Source: an uncultured archaeon (GTDB lineage Archaea; Asgardarchaeota; Hermodarchaeia; Hermodarchaeales; Hermodarchaeaceae). Taken from it: a DNA stretch of 53,385 nucleotides. The notes beneath the pieces are model-generated. The model saw nothing but the letters and a program-made list of their open reading frames with translations. It ran no database searches and was not told the DNA's origin. This document shows positions 1 to 9,574 of this stretch, in pieces; position 1 is the first letter of the stretch; every line of letters starts with the position of its first letter. Position numbers and translations under genes: made by a program. The stretch is taken from contig CAYFXC010000008.1 in the NCBI GenBank assembly GCA_964347045.1, forward strand, positions 20,373 to 73,757, read 5' to 3'.

Positions 1-1370
1 GGTCTATACTTGCTGCTCTCCGTGAAGACCCTAAGATTCTTCGAAAGTCACAACAACGTCGTGGACTAGACACCGGCATCGTAGAGGAGGCAGTGCAACT
101 TGATGCAGCTTGGCGAAAAACACGAACTGACCTGGCAGAATTACAGCGCCAACGCAACCAGGTTGCAAAAGAAATTGGTAAAATCAAGGATAAGACTCAA
201 CAAGAAAAACTCATTAAGAAATCCAAGAAATTGTCAGAACAGGTATCAGCTGGAGAACGAAAACTTGCTGACCTCGAAACACGTCGTATGGACCGATTAA
301 AAGGCATTGCAAATATTGTGCACGAATCCGTTCCTGATGGAATGGACGAAACCGAAGCAAAGCCCGTGAAATATTTTGGTAAACCTCGCGTTTGGGCAGA
401 CCATGTTGACCAATTTGTTGCAGCGGCAGAAGGCTTGAAAGCGGATTATGAGGTTGTCTCCACACAACCGAAGAGCCACTATGACATTTCTGAGGAAATT
501 GGACTTATTGATACTACTCGAGCCGCAAAAGTCGCTGGTTCACGTTTTTACTACCTAATCGATGATATTGTGTGGCTGGACCTTGGACTAGCCCTCTATG
601 CTCTTGACAAGATTACCAAGCGGGGATTTACCCCGATTTTACCACCCAACATGCTAAACTATTCAGCATATAGTGGTGTTACGGATATCACTGCCTTTGA
701 AGATTCATTGTATAAATTAGAGGATCAAGATCTCTATTTGATTGCCACTTCTGAGCACCCTATCGCTGCTCAATACATGAATGAGGTCCTTGAAACTGAG
801 GAACTTCCTCTTTGCTTTGCAGGTTACAGCCCATGCTATCGAAAGGAAGCAGGTGCTCATGGCAAAGACACTAAGGGCATATTCCGTGTCCATCAATTCT
901 CCAAGGTCGAAATGTTTGTCTTTTGCCTTCCAGACGATTCTTGGACGTGGATAGAGAAGATGATCACCATCGAGGAAGAGATTTGGACACCATTAGGTAT
1001 TCCCTTCCGAATTGTGATTTTACCAAGTGGTGATTTTAGCCGTGTAGCCTCGAAAACATATGACTTAGAGCTCTGGATGCCTTCACAAGGACGTTATCGG
1101 GAATTTGTATCCTGTAGTAATTGCACGGATTACCAAGCTTTCCGGTTAAATACACGCTTTGCGGAAAAACGAGGGCACCCAACCAAAGGGTTCGTTCACA
1201 CGCTCAACTCAACAGTTATTGCTACTACTCGATCTATTACGGCTATTTTGGAGAATAATCTTCAAGAAGATGGGCGAATCTTGATTCCGAAACCACTTCT
1301 GTCTTACTTCAAGCACATCGAGTCCGCGCCAGACAAGTACATTATTCCAGCCCATCTTAAAAAGAAATGA
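1..1370 (+). CDS. serS: Seryl-tRNA synthetase (5' end just outside window)
   Basis: Class II motifs (LIATSEHP, YRKEAGAHGKDTKGIFRVHQFSKVE, HTLNST). The frame is open from base 3 (SILAALREDPKIL...), so the true start lies upstream of the window rather than at 93. Confidence 0.97.
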   Translation, partial: SILAALREDPKILRKSQQRRGLDTGIVEEAVQLDAAWRKTRTDLAELQRQRNQVAKEIGKIKDKTQQEKLIKKSKKLSEQVSAGERKLADLETRRMDRLKGIANIVHESVPDGMDETEAKPVKYFGKPRVWADHVDQFVAAAEGLKADYEVVSTQPKSHYDISEEIGLIDTTRAAKVAGSRFYYLIDDIVWLDLGLALYALDKITKRGFTPILPPNMLNYSAYSGVTDITAFEDSLYKLEDQDLYLIATSEHPIAAQYMNEVLETEELPLCFAGYSPCYRKEAGAHGKDTKGIFRVHQFSKVEMFVFCLPDDSWTWIEKMITIEEEIWTPLGIPFRIVILPSGDFSRVASKTYDLELWMPSQGRYREFVSCSNCTDYQAFRLNTRFAEKRGHPTKGFVHTLNSTVIATTRSITAILENNLQEDGRILIPKPLLSYFKHIESAPDKYIIPAHLKKK

Positions 1371-1501
1371 GCAGAATAACCCAACTGATGTTTACCTTAA
1401 ATTGGAGCATCCGTTAGTATTAATGACCACTAAATATTTGAGATAGACTCTTCATTCCCAGAAAACAATTATTAACACATAGAGGTATGTAACTCTGTCC
1501 G

Positions 1502-2368
1502 TTGGGGTTGGTGACCTGCGTGCCTAGAGAATTAGTGATGCTCCGCGTTGTTGATACCGGTGAAACCGTTCAAATCACCGATGGTGCTCCAGCGAAGACC
1601 CATATGAAACCAGATGAGGTACTTATCATCATCGATGATGAGGACCGCCTAATCTGGATTTGGAAAGGTACTGAAGCACCCGTCCGACGAAAATTCATTG
1701 CAGCCCGTCGTGCATCAGGTATCCGAGACCAGCGAGGACTTGTCTACAAGATTGTTTCAGAAGATGAAGGACAAGAGGGCGCAAAATTCCTTGAAGCCAT
1801 GGGATTACCCTTATCAACCAAACCCGATGAAGGTATGAAAGAAGCACCGCCATCAGCACCACCCGTACCAAGAGAACCGGTAGGACCTATCACCGAGCCA
1901 CCAAAGCCTGCACCAGTGCAGGAACCCAAACCGGCGGATTATCGAGAAGCGGTAGTATCCGCAACCAGAAAACCTGAGCGTCAAACAGTCCAAGTACCTC
2001 GTCCCCCTTCTGACATCATAGAACAGGTTGAAAAGCTGGAACCAATTCCTGGTTTCCGCCGAGAATTCGTTTTAATCGGTTATGATGCTTTTGGAATAAC
2101 TGAAGAATCAACAAGTGTATTGGGCAAAACTACTAAAACCCAAAAATTACAACGTATTGATTCACTTCCTGAGGGCACTGTGTTTGCCCAAGGTTATACT
2201 CCACGAGTAGTCATTAAAGATGGGCAAGTCTTAGCCATCGAGTTCCTTAAGCATTTAGAAGAAGAAGAGTACCTTCATGAAAAAGAAGCTGTTAAGGAAG
2301 AAATGGCTCGTCAAATTACCGAACTTATCGAAGCGTCCCGGAGAGAAAAGGGTCGTCAAAAGTCGTAG
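1502..2368 (+). CDS. Single gelsolin-domain protein with Pro-rich linker and C-terminal extra domain (Asgard 1DGelX-like)
   Basis: DEVLIIID...IWIWKGTEAPVRRKFIAARRA...EDEGQE..KFLEAM fits the gelsolin/villin repeat pattern. A Pro-rich linker and a globular C-terminal region follow. The start may be GTG ~1520. Confidence 0.75.
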   Translation: MGLVTCVPRELVMLRVVDTGETVQITDGAPAKTHMKPDEVLIIIDDEDRLIWIWKGTEAPVRRKFIAARRASGIRDQRGLVYKIVSEDEGQEGAKFLEAMGLPLSTKPDEGMKEAPPSAPPVPREPVGPITEPPKPAPVQEPKPADYREAVVSATRKPERQTVQVPRPPSDIIEQVEKLEPIPGFRREFVLIGYDAFGITEESTSVLGKTTKTQKLQRIDSLPEGTVFAQGYTPRVVIKDGQVLAIEFLKHLEEEEYLHEKEAVKEEMARQITELIEASRREKGRQKS

Positions 2369-2386
2369 AAACAGTGAGGGGATATA

Positions 2387-2782
2387 ATGCAACAATTTGC
2401 TATGAGCGAAGAAGAAGCCAAACAATTGGCAATGTACTTACGTGAAATCACGTTGTATACAGAACTTGAAACGCTTGCGGTGGTCACAAAAGCCGGTCGA
2501 CGCGTAGCCTTTAGTTCTACAAAGGGTGTCGATATTGATCCTGATTTACTTTCTGCGATTTCTGCCGTCCTATTGCAAACTGGGATTGAAGCGGTTCAAA
2601 AACTAGCCTTTGAACCACTTTTTGAATTGATCGTTCGTGGAGAAAAGGGTATTATTGTCGTTACTGATGCCGGACCCTTGGTACTCATTGGTGCTGGCGT
2701 AAAAATTGAATCGCTGGGACATGTAGTTTCTGTTTTTCGGCACTTTGGGCGCGAAATTGCTAGTTTATTTACTAAAAAGTGA
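2387..2782 (+). CDS. Roadblock/LC7 (MglB/LAMTOR-like) domain protein
   Basis: 131 aa; LAVVTKAG...DPDLLSAISAVL...ELIVRGEKGIIVV...LG pattern typical of roadblock domains. Confidence 0.85.
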   Translation: MQQFAMSEEEAKQLAMYLREITLYTELETLAVVTKAGRRVAFSSTKGVDIDPDLLSAISAVLLQTGIEAVQKLAFEPLFELIVRGEKGIIVVTDAGPLVLIGAGVKIESLGHVVSVFRHFGREIASLFTKK

Positions 2783-2815
2783 GTCTTTTTCAGAGAATGC
2801 CCCATAATTTGAGGG

Positions 2816-3391
2816 ATGACGGTATTTCAATTCCTCACAATATGTGATAAACTTAAACGGGTACTCCGAACCGGGTGGCTTCTTCGCGGCGTACCACCTT
2901 CCTCTGCAGAAAATGTTGCAGCTCACTCACACACCACAGCCATCCTTGCATATCTACTTGCACTACAAGCAAAGGAATCCGTGGATTTCCACCAACTACT
3001 CCTAATGGCATTAATTCATGACATTCCAGAAGCAGAAACTGGTGACATTCCAATGAGTGCCCAAAGAGCTGATCCAAGTATCCGAGAAGCAAAGAAGAAA
3101 ATAGAAAATATTGCAATGCAGAAAATAGTTACCTATATTCCTAAAAAACTCCAACCGACTATTACCGCTGCTTGGTCGGCGTATTGTAAAGGCACATCGA
3201 TTGAAGCACGTTTAGTAGAAGTTGCTGATCGCCTTGCCACGGCTTTACACGCAGCACAACTGGTAAAAACTGGATTTCCAGCTGAAGAATTTCAAACATT
3301 CGTTGATCATGCTGTATCAACAGTTCTTGAGCTCCAGATTCCACAAGCACAAGAGTTCATTACGGAACTTCGAGAGAATTTCACCATCTAG
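2816..3391 (+). CDS. HD-domain 5'-deoxynucleotidase (YfbR/HDDC2-like)
   Basis: LKRVLRTGW, ENVAAHS, ALIHDIPEAETGDI and VADRL motifs. Confidence 0.9.
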   Translation: MTVFQFLTICDKLKRVLRTGWLLRGVPPSSAENVAAHSHTTAILAYLLALQAKESVDFHQLLLMALIHDIPEAETGDIPMSAQRADPSIREAKKKIENIAMQKIVTYIPKKLQPTITAAWSAYCKGTSIEARLVEVADRLATALHAAQLVKTGFPAEEFQTFVDHAVSTVLELQIPQAQEFITELRENFTI

Positions 3392-3462
3392 CCTAGAACC
3401 GTTAATGAAGCAGTGGAAAGAAACGTTTAAGACACGTATTGACTGAGAAACCGCAGGAGTAG

Positions 3463-4830
3463 ATGAAAATATCGCCCAAATCCAAATCGCCTAAAGTATC
3501 TGCTTCAGAGCCGCTACAACGTACTCATTATTCTAATGAACTGAATCCAAAGATGGCAGAACAAGAAGTGACAATCACAGGATGGGTACAACGAATCCGC
3601 CGATTAGGCAAAATCAGCTTCTTGCTAGTTCGAGATCGCGAAGGAATCACTCAATGTACCATCCCACACGCGAAATCTGCTCCGGAACTACTTGAAATGA
3701 TAGACAAGCTTGATAACGAATATGCAGTGGTTGTCAAGGGTCAAGTAAAGGCAGAAAAACAAGCTCAACGTGGAGTTGAAGTGATTCCCGAGCAAATTAC
3801 ATTGGTCAATTCCGCGCCTGCAACTTTGCCCCTAGATACATCAGGAAAAGTGGAAGCGGATATTGGAACCCGATTTGATAATCGAGTAATGGATTTAAGA
3901 CGTCTCGAAGCTCAACGCATATTCAAAGTGCAACATGTCACAGTTTCTCGAATGCGACAATTCCTCGAACGCCATGGGTTTCGTGAAATTCACACTCCAA
4001 AGATTGTGGCGACAGCCACAGAGGGAGGAGCGGATTTGTTTGAGGTAAAGTACTTTGAACGAAAAGCATTCCTCGCTCAAAGTCCACAATTCTATAAACA
4101 GCTTTGTTTGGTTGCAGGATTTGATCGAGTCTATGAGGTGGCTCCGGTCTATCGGGCTGAGAAGCATAACACACCCCGCCACTTGAATGAATATACAAGT
4201 TTTGATTATGAAATGGCCTGGATTCAAGATGAAGAAGATGTAATGCAGTTGGAAGAGCAAATGCTCGTAGACGCGTTCACTAATTTGAAAAAAACTTGTT
4301 CAGAGGAACTCGAAGAACTGGGTGTAAATATCAAGATTCCAAAAATCCCAATTCGTCGAATTGAGGTTCGAGAAGCTATTGAGCTTTTGCGAGAGATAGG
4401 AATTGACCTTCCTCCAGATTCTGACATCCCCAGTGAAGGAGAGGAAAAACTCTATCAACAGGTGAAGGAGGAAACGGGTGAAGAATTCTTCTTTCTAACA
4501 CGGTACCCAATGACAATCCGTCCCTTCTATACTAAGCCCTTAGAAAGTGATCCAACGTTGACCCATGGATTTGACCTTATTTACCGTGGAATGGAGGTAA
4601 CAACAGGAAGCCAGCGTATTCATCAATATAACATGTTGATACAAAAACTCAAGGATGAAGGGCTAAACCCGAAGACCTTTGCCTTTTACGTAGAGCCTTT
4701 CAAATATGGTGCACCACCTCATGGAGGATTGGCGATCGGGGTTGAACGATTAACAATGCAGATGCTTGGCTACTCTAATATCCGGGAAGCGGTCCTTTTT
4801 CCGCGTGATCGAACCCGATTAGTGCCCTAG
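3463..4830 (+). CDS. aspS: Aspartyl-tRNA synthetase, archaeal type
   Basis: OB-fold N-terminus; EGGA, LAQSPQFYKQ, YRAEKHNTPRHLNE, GAPPHGG.AIGVERL, LFPRD motifs. Confidence 0.97.
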   Translation: MKISPKSKSPKVSASEPLQRTHYSNELNPKMAEQEVTITGWVQRIRRLGKISFLLVRDREGITQCTIPHAKSAPELLEMIDKLDNEYAVVVKGQVKAEKQAQRGVEVIPEQITLVNSAPATLPLDTSGKVEADIGTRFDNRVMDLRRLEAQRIFKVQHVTVSRMRQFLERHGFREIHTPKIVATATEGGADLFEVKYFERKAFLAQSPQFYKQLCLVAGFDRVYEVAPVYRAEKHNTPRHLNEYTSFDYEMAWIQDEEDVMQLEEQMLVDAFTNLKKTCSEELEELGVNIKIPKIPIRRIEVREAIELLREIGIDLPPDSDIPSEGEEKLYQQVKEETGEEFFFLTRYPMTIRPFYTKPLESDPTLTHGFDLIYRGMEVTTGSQRIHQYNMLIQKLKDEGLNPKTFAFYVEPFKYGAPPHGGLAIGVERLTMQMLGYSNIREAVLFPRDRTRLVP

Positions 4831-4898
4831 AATTCTGAATAAGTGAATAGTAGGTAAGTTCAAGAGGAACAGAGTATTCATGTTGAGTTGGTGATGCT

Positions 4899-5099
4899 AT
4901 GTCAAAACCAAGTGATCAAATGGGCGCATATTTCCAAAAGAAGGGTGAGAACTTGGAAGAACTAGCGGACCATCATGCATTGATTGGTGAAATATCTCAA
5001 GCTAAAGAGCTCTATGCTCAAGCCCGAGCGATGTATGAACGTTTGGGTAACCAAGAACTCACGTCCCGAATAGACAAGAAATTGAATAATCTAAAATAA
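4899..5099 (+). CDS. Small TPR-like helical protein
   Basis: 66 aa with SD-like GGTGA upstream; LA......GE..QAKELYAQARAMYERLGN resembles a single TPR. Confidence 0.55.
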   Translation: MSKPSDQMGAYFQKKGENLEELADHHALIGEISQAKELYAQARAMYERLGNQELTSRIDKKLNNLK

Positions 5100-5136
5100 T
5101 CCAGCGTTAGAACAACGATTTTTGCCTATCTTCCAT

Positions 5137-6138
5137 TCAGAAGATTGTGATGAAGCGAGTTGCAGGCTCACTTCGAAGTGTTACAGCAACTTGATCACTG
5201 TTGTGTTTAAGGATATTTCGTTCTTTTTCCGAAAGTTGGAGATATGATGAAAGCTCTGAGTCAAGACCACTGGATAAAATGAAATTACTTGATTGACTAA
5301 TCTGGAAACTTAACTCTTTGTCCTGAGTTTCAAAAATTACAAATGGTTTCTGAGCAGATGAATATCGGGCATGAAGCCATTGGAGCAAGTGGATAGAAAG
5401 CCGGGGGGGATTGATTAGGAAGAGGGGAGGAAGATTCTCATCTTCTTCGGCTAGCAGCTTCATAAGCAATAGGTTCATTGCGAATGTGAGGGTTGATGAA
5501 TTGTTTCCAGATATTATCGTTGGAAGGTTTTGAATCCGCGATAAGGCGATGTTGTCATAGTTTACATCTAGAATATCAAGAGGGATGGCGTCAAATAATC
5601 GCTGTATTTCGAAATAAGCAGTTTTATGATGTTGATAGAAGAGAAGCGTATCTTGAAGGTATTGAATTGTAGGTTTGGAAACCGATAGAATAACCCGCCA
5701 GATGATGACATGAAGAAGGTTTCGAGCCACTTGAGAAAGAGGGGCAAACTGTTCGAAGAGATTGATTAGGATGCTAATCTGCCTCGAAAGGTGTTGTCGG
5801 ACGCTAAACCCTAATGCGTTAAAGGTAATGGCATCTTTGTCCAAGTCAAGTTCCCATAGTTGACCTTCACAGACTTGCTCTTCAAGATTTTCGGAAGGAT
5901 AACCTTTCATAACGAGTATAGGAATCTGATGATCATCACAGAGTTGAATGAACAGGTTGAAGTAAATGTCTTTAGCGCGAGGTCCCATCACAAATAGGTT
6001 GGTTAGATCATGAAAGGTCAATACGAAGGGGTGGGTATGCTGATTTTGAACAAGGTAACCAAGCTGGATTATCCCATTCGTATTTGGTGGTTCGAAATTA
6101 AAAGGCGAGTTTTCGTCTGACAACTCGTTTCCCTGCAC
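5137..6138 (-). CDS. Hypothetical protein, possibly a degenerate HerA/DUF87-like ATPase
   Basis: IQLGYLV...FVLTFHDLTNLFVMG and FNAL resemble the HerA/VirB4-like N-terminus, but no Walker A GKT/S or Walker B DE is present. Confidence 0.5.
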   Translation of the reverse strand: MQGNELSDENSPFNFEPPNTNGIIQLGYLVQNQHTHPFVLTFHDLTNLFVMGPRAKDIYFNLFIQLCDDHQIPILVMKGYPSENLEEQVCEGQLWELDLDKDAITFNALGFSVRQHLSRQISILINLFEQFAPLSQVARNLLHVIIWRVILSVSKPTIQYLQDTLLFYQHHKTAYFEIQRLFDAIPLDILDVNYDNIALSRIQNLPTIISGNNSSTLTFAMNLLLMKLLAEEDENLPPLFLINPPRLSIHLLQWLHARYSSAQKPFVIFETQDKELSFQISQSSNFILSSGLDSELSSYLQLSEKERNILKHNSDQVAVTLRSEPATRFITIF

Positions 6139-6302
6139 TCCAAGCAGATTCCACCTTTTTTTAGGTATTCGTGCTTATCTGTTACAACAGACAGACATAC
6201 TGCAGAGAGGTCACTGAAAGTATTCGCGAGGATTTCCTTGCCTTGCCGTTTCCTATTTAAGCCAGAAGCGTTAATGCAAAATTCATTCGAGGAACGTTAT
6301 CC

Positions 6303-7217
6303 ATGAAAGTGAAACCATTCATCACAATTATGCGGCCAGCTAATCCACTATTTGGTAGCCTCACCGCTATAATCGGTGTCCTTACGACAAACTATTTCAT
6401 AATCGTCAACTTTGGACTGGTCCGTTGGACAATTTCTGATCTCATCATTGTGCTAATATTAGCCGCCCTAACCTACATTTTCTTAGCATCTGCCGGGAAC
6501 GTTGTTAATGACATATACGATTTAGAAGTTGACAAGGTGAACCGTCCGAACCGACCGCTCCCAAGTGGTCAGATCACAATTAGACAGGCGAAAGCGTGGA
6601 CGGTGATCCTAATCCTCTTATCGCTATTCTTTTCGGTTCTTACAATTCCCTATTCTTTTATTAGTATCTGGACTGTCGCCATTGCAGCCCTTTTCGCATT
6701 AGTTGGGTTGATTTATGCGGCTAAGGGAAAAGTGATGGGAGTTTGGGGGAACTTCACAGTAGCGATAAGCTTCGCGTTTGGGCTTTTCTATGGAGCTTTG
6801 ATTACATTCCTATTCGTTCCACCCATCATCTTTGTTTATTTCATTACCGCTGCTAGCGTGCTCCAAGGTCGGGAGATAATCAAAGGAATTGAAGATATCG
6901 AAGGCGATGTATTGCGAGATGTCCAAACGATTGCAAGGAAGTATGGCGTTCGAACCGCGGCGATTCTTGCAGCTATTTGTAATATTATTGGTATCATTGG
7001 TTTCTGGTCACCCTGGATTGTGAATATATTGGGTTTGAATTGGACCAGCGCGCTATACATCGTTCTACTAATTCCTGGATCCATTTTTGTAGCTTTATCT
7101 GCTATTCTTATTCTTCGAAATCCGAAGGGAAACGCAGCACGAGCAAGTTTCTTTGATAAAATTGGTGCATATTTGGGATTATTGAACTTTCTACTTGGAT
7201 CTATTATCATTATCTAA
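6303..7217 (+). CDS. UbiA-family prenyltransferase, digeranylgeranylglyceryl-phosphate synthase
   Basis: MRPAN, GNVVNDIYDLEVDKVNRPNRPLPSG and REIIKGIEDIEGD motifs; multi-pass membrane protein. Confidence 0.92.
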   Translation: MKVKPFITIMRPANPLFGSLTAIIGVLTTNYFIIVNFGLVRWTISDLIIVLILAALTYIFLASAGNVVNDIYDLEVDKVNRPNRPLPSGQITIRQAKAWTVILILLSLFFSVLTIPYSFISIWTVAIAALFALVGLIYAAKGKVMGVWGNFTVAISFAFGLFYGALITFLFVPPIIFVYFITAASVLQGREIIKGIEDIEGDVLRDVQTIARKYGVRTAAILAAICNIIGIIGFWSPWIVNILGLNWTSALYIVLLIPGSIFVALSAILILRNPKGNAARASFFDKIGAYLGLLNFLLGSIIII

Positions 7218-7234
7218 CAGGAGAGACAACAAGG

Positions 7235-7924
7235 CTGCGAATTGCTGCCACAAGTGACATTCATTGGCCCCAATATCAGGGATTGTTCATTAAATCATTG
7301 CGACAACTCCCCTCAAAACTCGACCTTTTTCTTCTCGCGGGAGATCTTGTCAGTCGTGGTAATGCAAGGAGCATTCTACCCATTGTGGAAAAACTCAATG
7401 AAGCAAAACTCAACTGTCCAGTAGTCGCCTGCTTTGGGAATGATGACTACGATTCAATCAAAGATATACTCCGAACCAAAGGGCAAGGCACGCTTATTTT
7501 TCTCGACGATGAACTCATGACGTTCACGATCGACGGAATGAAGATAACAGTAATAGGCAGTCGGGGTGTGCTTGATCACCCAACATTTTGGCAATCACGG
7601 AACATCAAGGATATTCGAGAAACATACACAAAAAGAGTTGTCACTCTTGACTCACTTTTCAAGGAAGCTAAAACGCTAAGTTCCTTCATTATTTTGCTAA
7701 CACACTATGCCCCCACTTTCACTACATTGAAAGGTGAATTACAAAGGGATTTCGCTCAAATGGGAAGTAGGCGCGTAGAGGAACTTCTCAAACGTCACTC
7801 CCCAACGCTAGCCATCCATGGTCATGCACATCAAGGATTACGGAAAACCAAGTTAAATAATACTCACGTCTATAATGTTACTCTTTCATTGAATCGCCAA
7901 ATTGTTGTTATTAAAATTCCCTGA
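7235..7924 (+). CDS. Calcineurin-like metallophosphoesterase (probable CTG start at 7235)
   Basis: Extending the 7283 ORF upstream in frame gives (L/M)RIAATSDIH, followed by AGDLV, FGNDD, THY and HGHAH motifs. Confidence 0.88.
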   Translation: MRIAATSDIHWPQYQGLFIKSLRQLPSKLDLFLLAGDLVSRGNARSILPIVEKLNEAKLNCPVVACFGNDDYDSIKDILRTKGQGTLIFLDDELMTFTIDGMKITVIGSRGVLDHPTFWQSRNIKDIRETYTKRVVTLDSLFKEAKTLSSFIILLTHYAPTFTTLKGELQRDFAQMGSRRVEELLKRHSPTLAIHGHAHQGLRKTKLNNTHVYNVTLSLNRQIVVIKIP

Positions 7925-8032
7925 CAAGAACCACGCAGAGGAAATCCGCGCGCGCTATCTCAAGGATTTAGGTCGGAAGGAAACCCGTTTTTAAATGCGT
8001 TTAGCCCTGTTTTAAAGATTTAAGAAAAGTAT

Positions 8033-9529
8033 ATGTGTCGTTCACGCGACAAAACCTTCATGTCCCAGCCAGCGGTGGATCCAAAAAACAGTGGTTTTTG
8101 CCCCTCCTGCCACATCAACATGGCTGAACGCTACTGTAAAGAATGTGGACAAGTCTTTTGTCTCCCCTGTTCTCGCCAAGACCTCAGCGAATTCTATACT
8201 TGCGCTCGATGCGGTCCAGATAATATCAAAGAGCAGGAAGAAGGCGAATGGGAATGCACCGAATGCGAAGAACCCGCACAGATGGCAACACGCCGTGTAT
8301 ATTTATGCCCTAATTGTGGTTCTGAGGAAATTGTACCTATCCATAACATGCGCCAAGAGTTAGTGGGACGATTTCGTACCACATACTACCGACTACGTAC
8401 TGGACATGAATTGCTGGCAGGATTCGCAGCACGATTGCGCATACTTCGATGGCGGGTCCGGGAACTTCGGACTGCGAGTTTTCTACACAACCCAGAAGTA
8501 GAAAAAGAACTTCTCGATTTAATGAAAACGGATTTGCCCAGTGTTCAAGAACGCATACTCTTTCGGGCGCGGAATGTTGTGGAACGACACCGAGCGAGTA
8601 AAATCCGTTTTATCCATCCTGAACGTTGGACTATCACTGATTTTCCACTTCTAGCAGGGTTAATTGAAGCAATTCAAGAAGATGTTGCAGATTACCAAGC
8701 CTATTGTCGAGACCTGGTTAATGGATTAGATGTGAACCTTGCAACGATTGAGACACGTTTGACTCAAATTGCGGAGTGGCATAAACTCTTCAATGATCAC
8801 ATTGAATATCTGCCAGTTATGGAAAATGAACGCCCTGTTGCAGCAATACAACCAGTAAATCTTGGCAAAACCGAGTCAAATGAAGGGATGGGTAATGGCA
8901 TCCTTTTTATTACCACGCAGCGTCTTCTATTTCTTGGTCGAAAAGGCTTTTTCAATAAAGAAATGCGTGTCGTTCACACTCTCGCGCTTAGAGAAATTTC
9001 TGACATCGAACTGCATGGGCGACTTCGCCGACGACTCCGCATCACTACAGAAAATGAAGAGCTGAAAGTTGGGGGACCCTCCAAGGTATTAGAAGAGACA
9101 CCAGATGCCATCAATATGGCTACAAGCTTTTCTGATCATAGTTTGGTAACTACTTCTGGCTCATTACGTGTATTGAACCTCAAGGTTGACGTGACTCCTT
9201 TACGTGAAGAACTAGATCAACTTATTAATTACGCCATTTCATCAGAGGACTTGGATCCTTCAAGCCAAGTTGATGTTCCCCGCCCCTACTCATATCCCGA
9301 GGGGTATTATCCTCGGTTTTCAACGAGTTCTGATGGATTGGAACGAGACCCAGTATTTCAACTTGAGCAGCAACGATTCAGTATCGAGTCGACTATGGGA
9401 TTGTTAAAGAAGCAGTTCGAGGAAGGGAAACTGTCTGATGAAAAATTCTTCAAACAGTATCGTTCCCTAACTCAAGAACTCTATTTGGTTGAAGCGCAGA
9501 TTCGGGATTTTCGAAGACGCCAAGGCTAG
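8033..9529 (+). CDS. B-box/Zn-ribbon + helical region + PH/GRAM-like domain + C-terminal steadiness-box (ESCRT-I-like) protein
   Basis: Six CxxC pairs at the N-terminus; GILFITTQRLLF (PH/GRAM-like strand); C-terminal SIESTMGLLKKQFEEGKLSDEKFFKQYRSLTQELY matches the steadiness-box pattern also seen in the Vps23 gene here. Confidence 0.7.
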   Translation: MCRSRDKTFMSQPAVDPKNSGFCPSCHINMAERYCKECGQVFCLPCSRQDLSEFYTCARCGPDNIKEQEEGEWECTECEEPAQMATRRVYLCPNCGSEEIVPIHNMRQELVGRFRTTYYRLRTGHELLAGFAARLRILRWRVRELRTASFLHNPEVEKELLDLMKTDLPSVQERILFRARNVVERHRASKIRFIHPERWTITDFPLLAGLIEAIQEDVADYQAYCRDLVNGLDVNLATIETRLTQIAEWHKLFNDHIEYLPVMENERPVAAIQPVNLGKTESNEGMGNGILFITTQRLLFLGRKGFFNKEMRVVHTLALREISDIELHGRLRRRLRITTENEELKVGGPSKVLEETPDAINMATSFSDHSLVTTSGSLRVLNLKVDVTPLREELDQLINYAISSEDLDPSSQVDVPRPYSYPEGYYPRFSTSSDGLERDPVFQLEQQRFSIESTMGLLKKQFEEGKLSDEKFFKQYRSLTQELYLVEAQIRDFRRRQG

Positions 9530-9574
9530 AAAGAGCCAGATTCATGTGAATAATACCAATGACGTGTGGCGATA

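Noticed and set aside
2387-2782. Profilin assignment for the gene after gelsolin
   Set aside because: The sequence pattern fits roadblock/LC7 better, and no profilin N-terminal Trp helix is seen.
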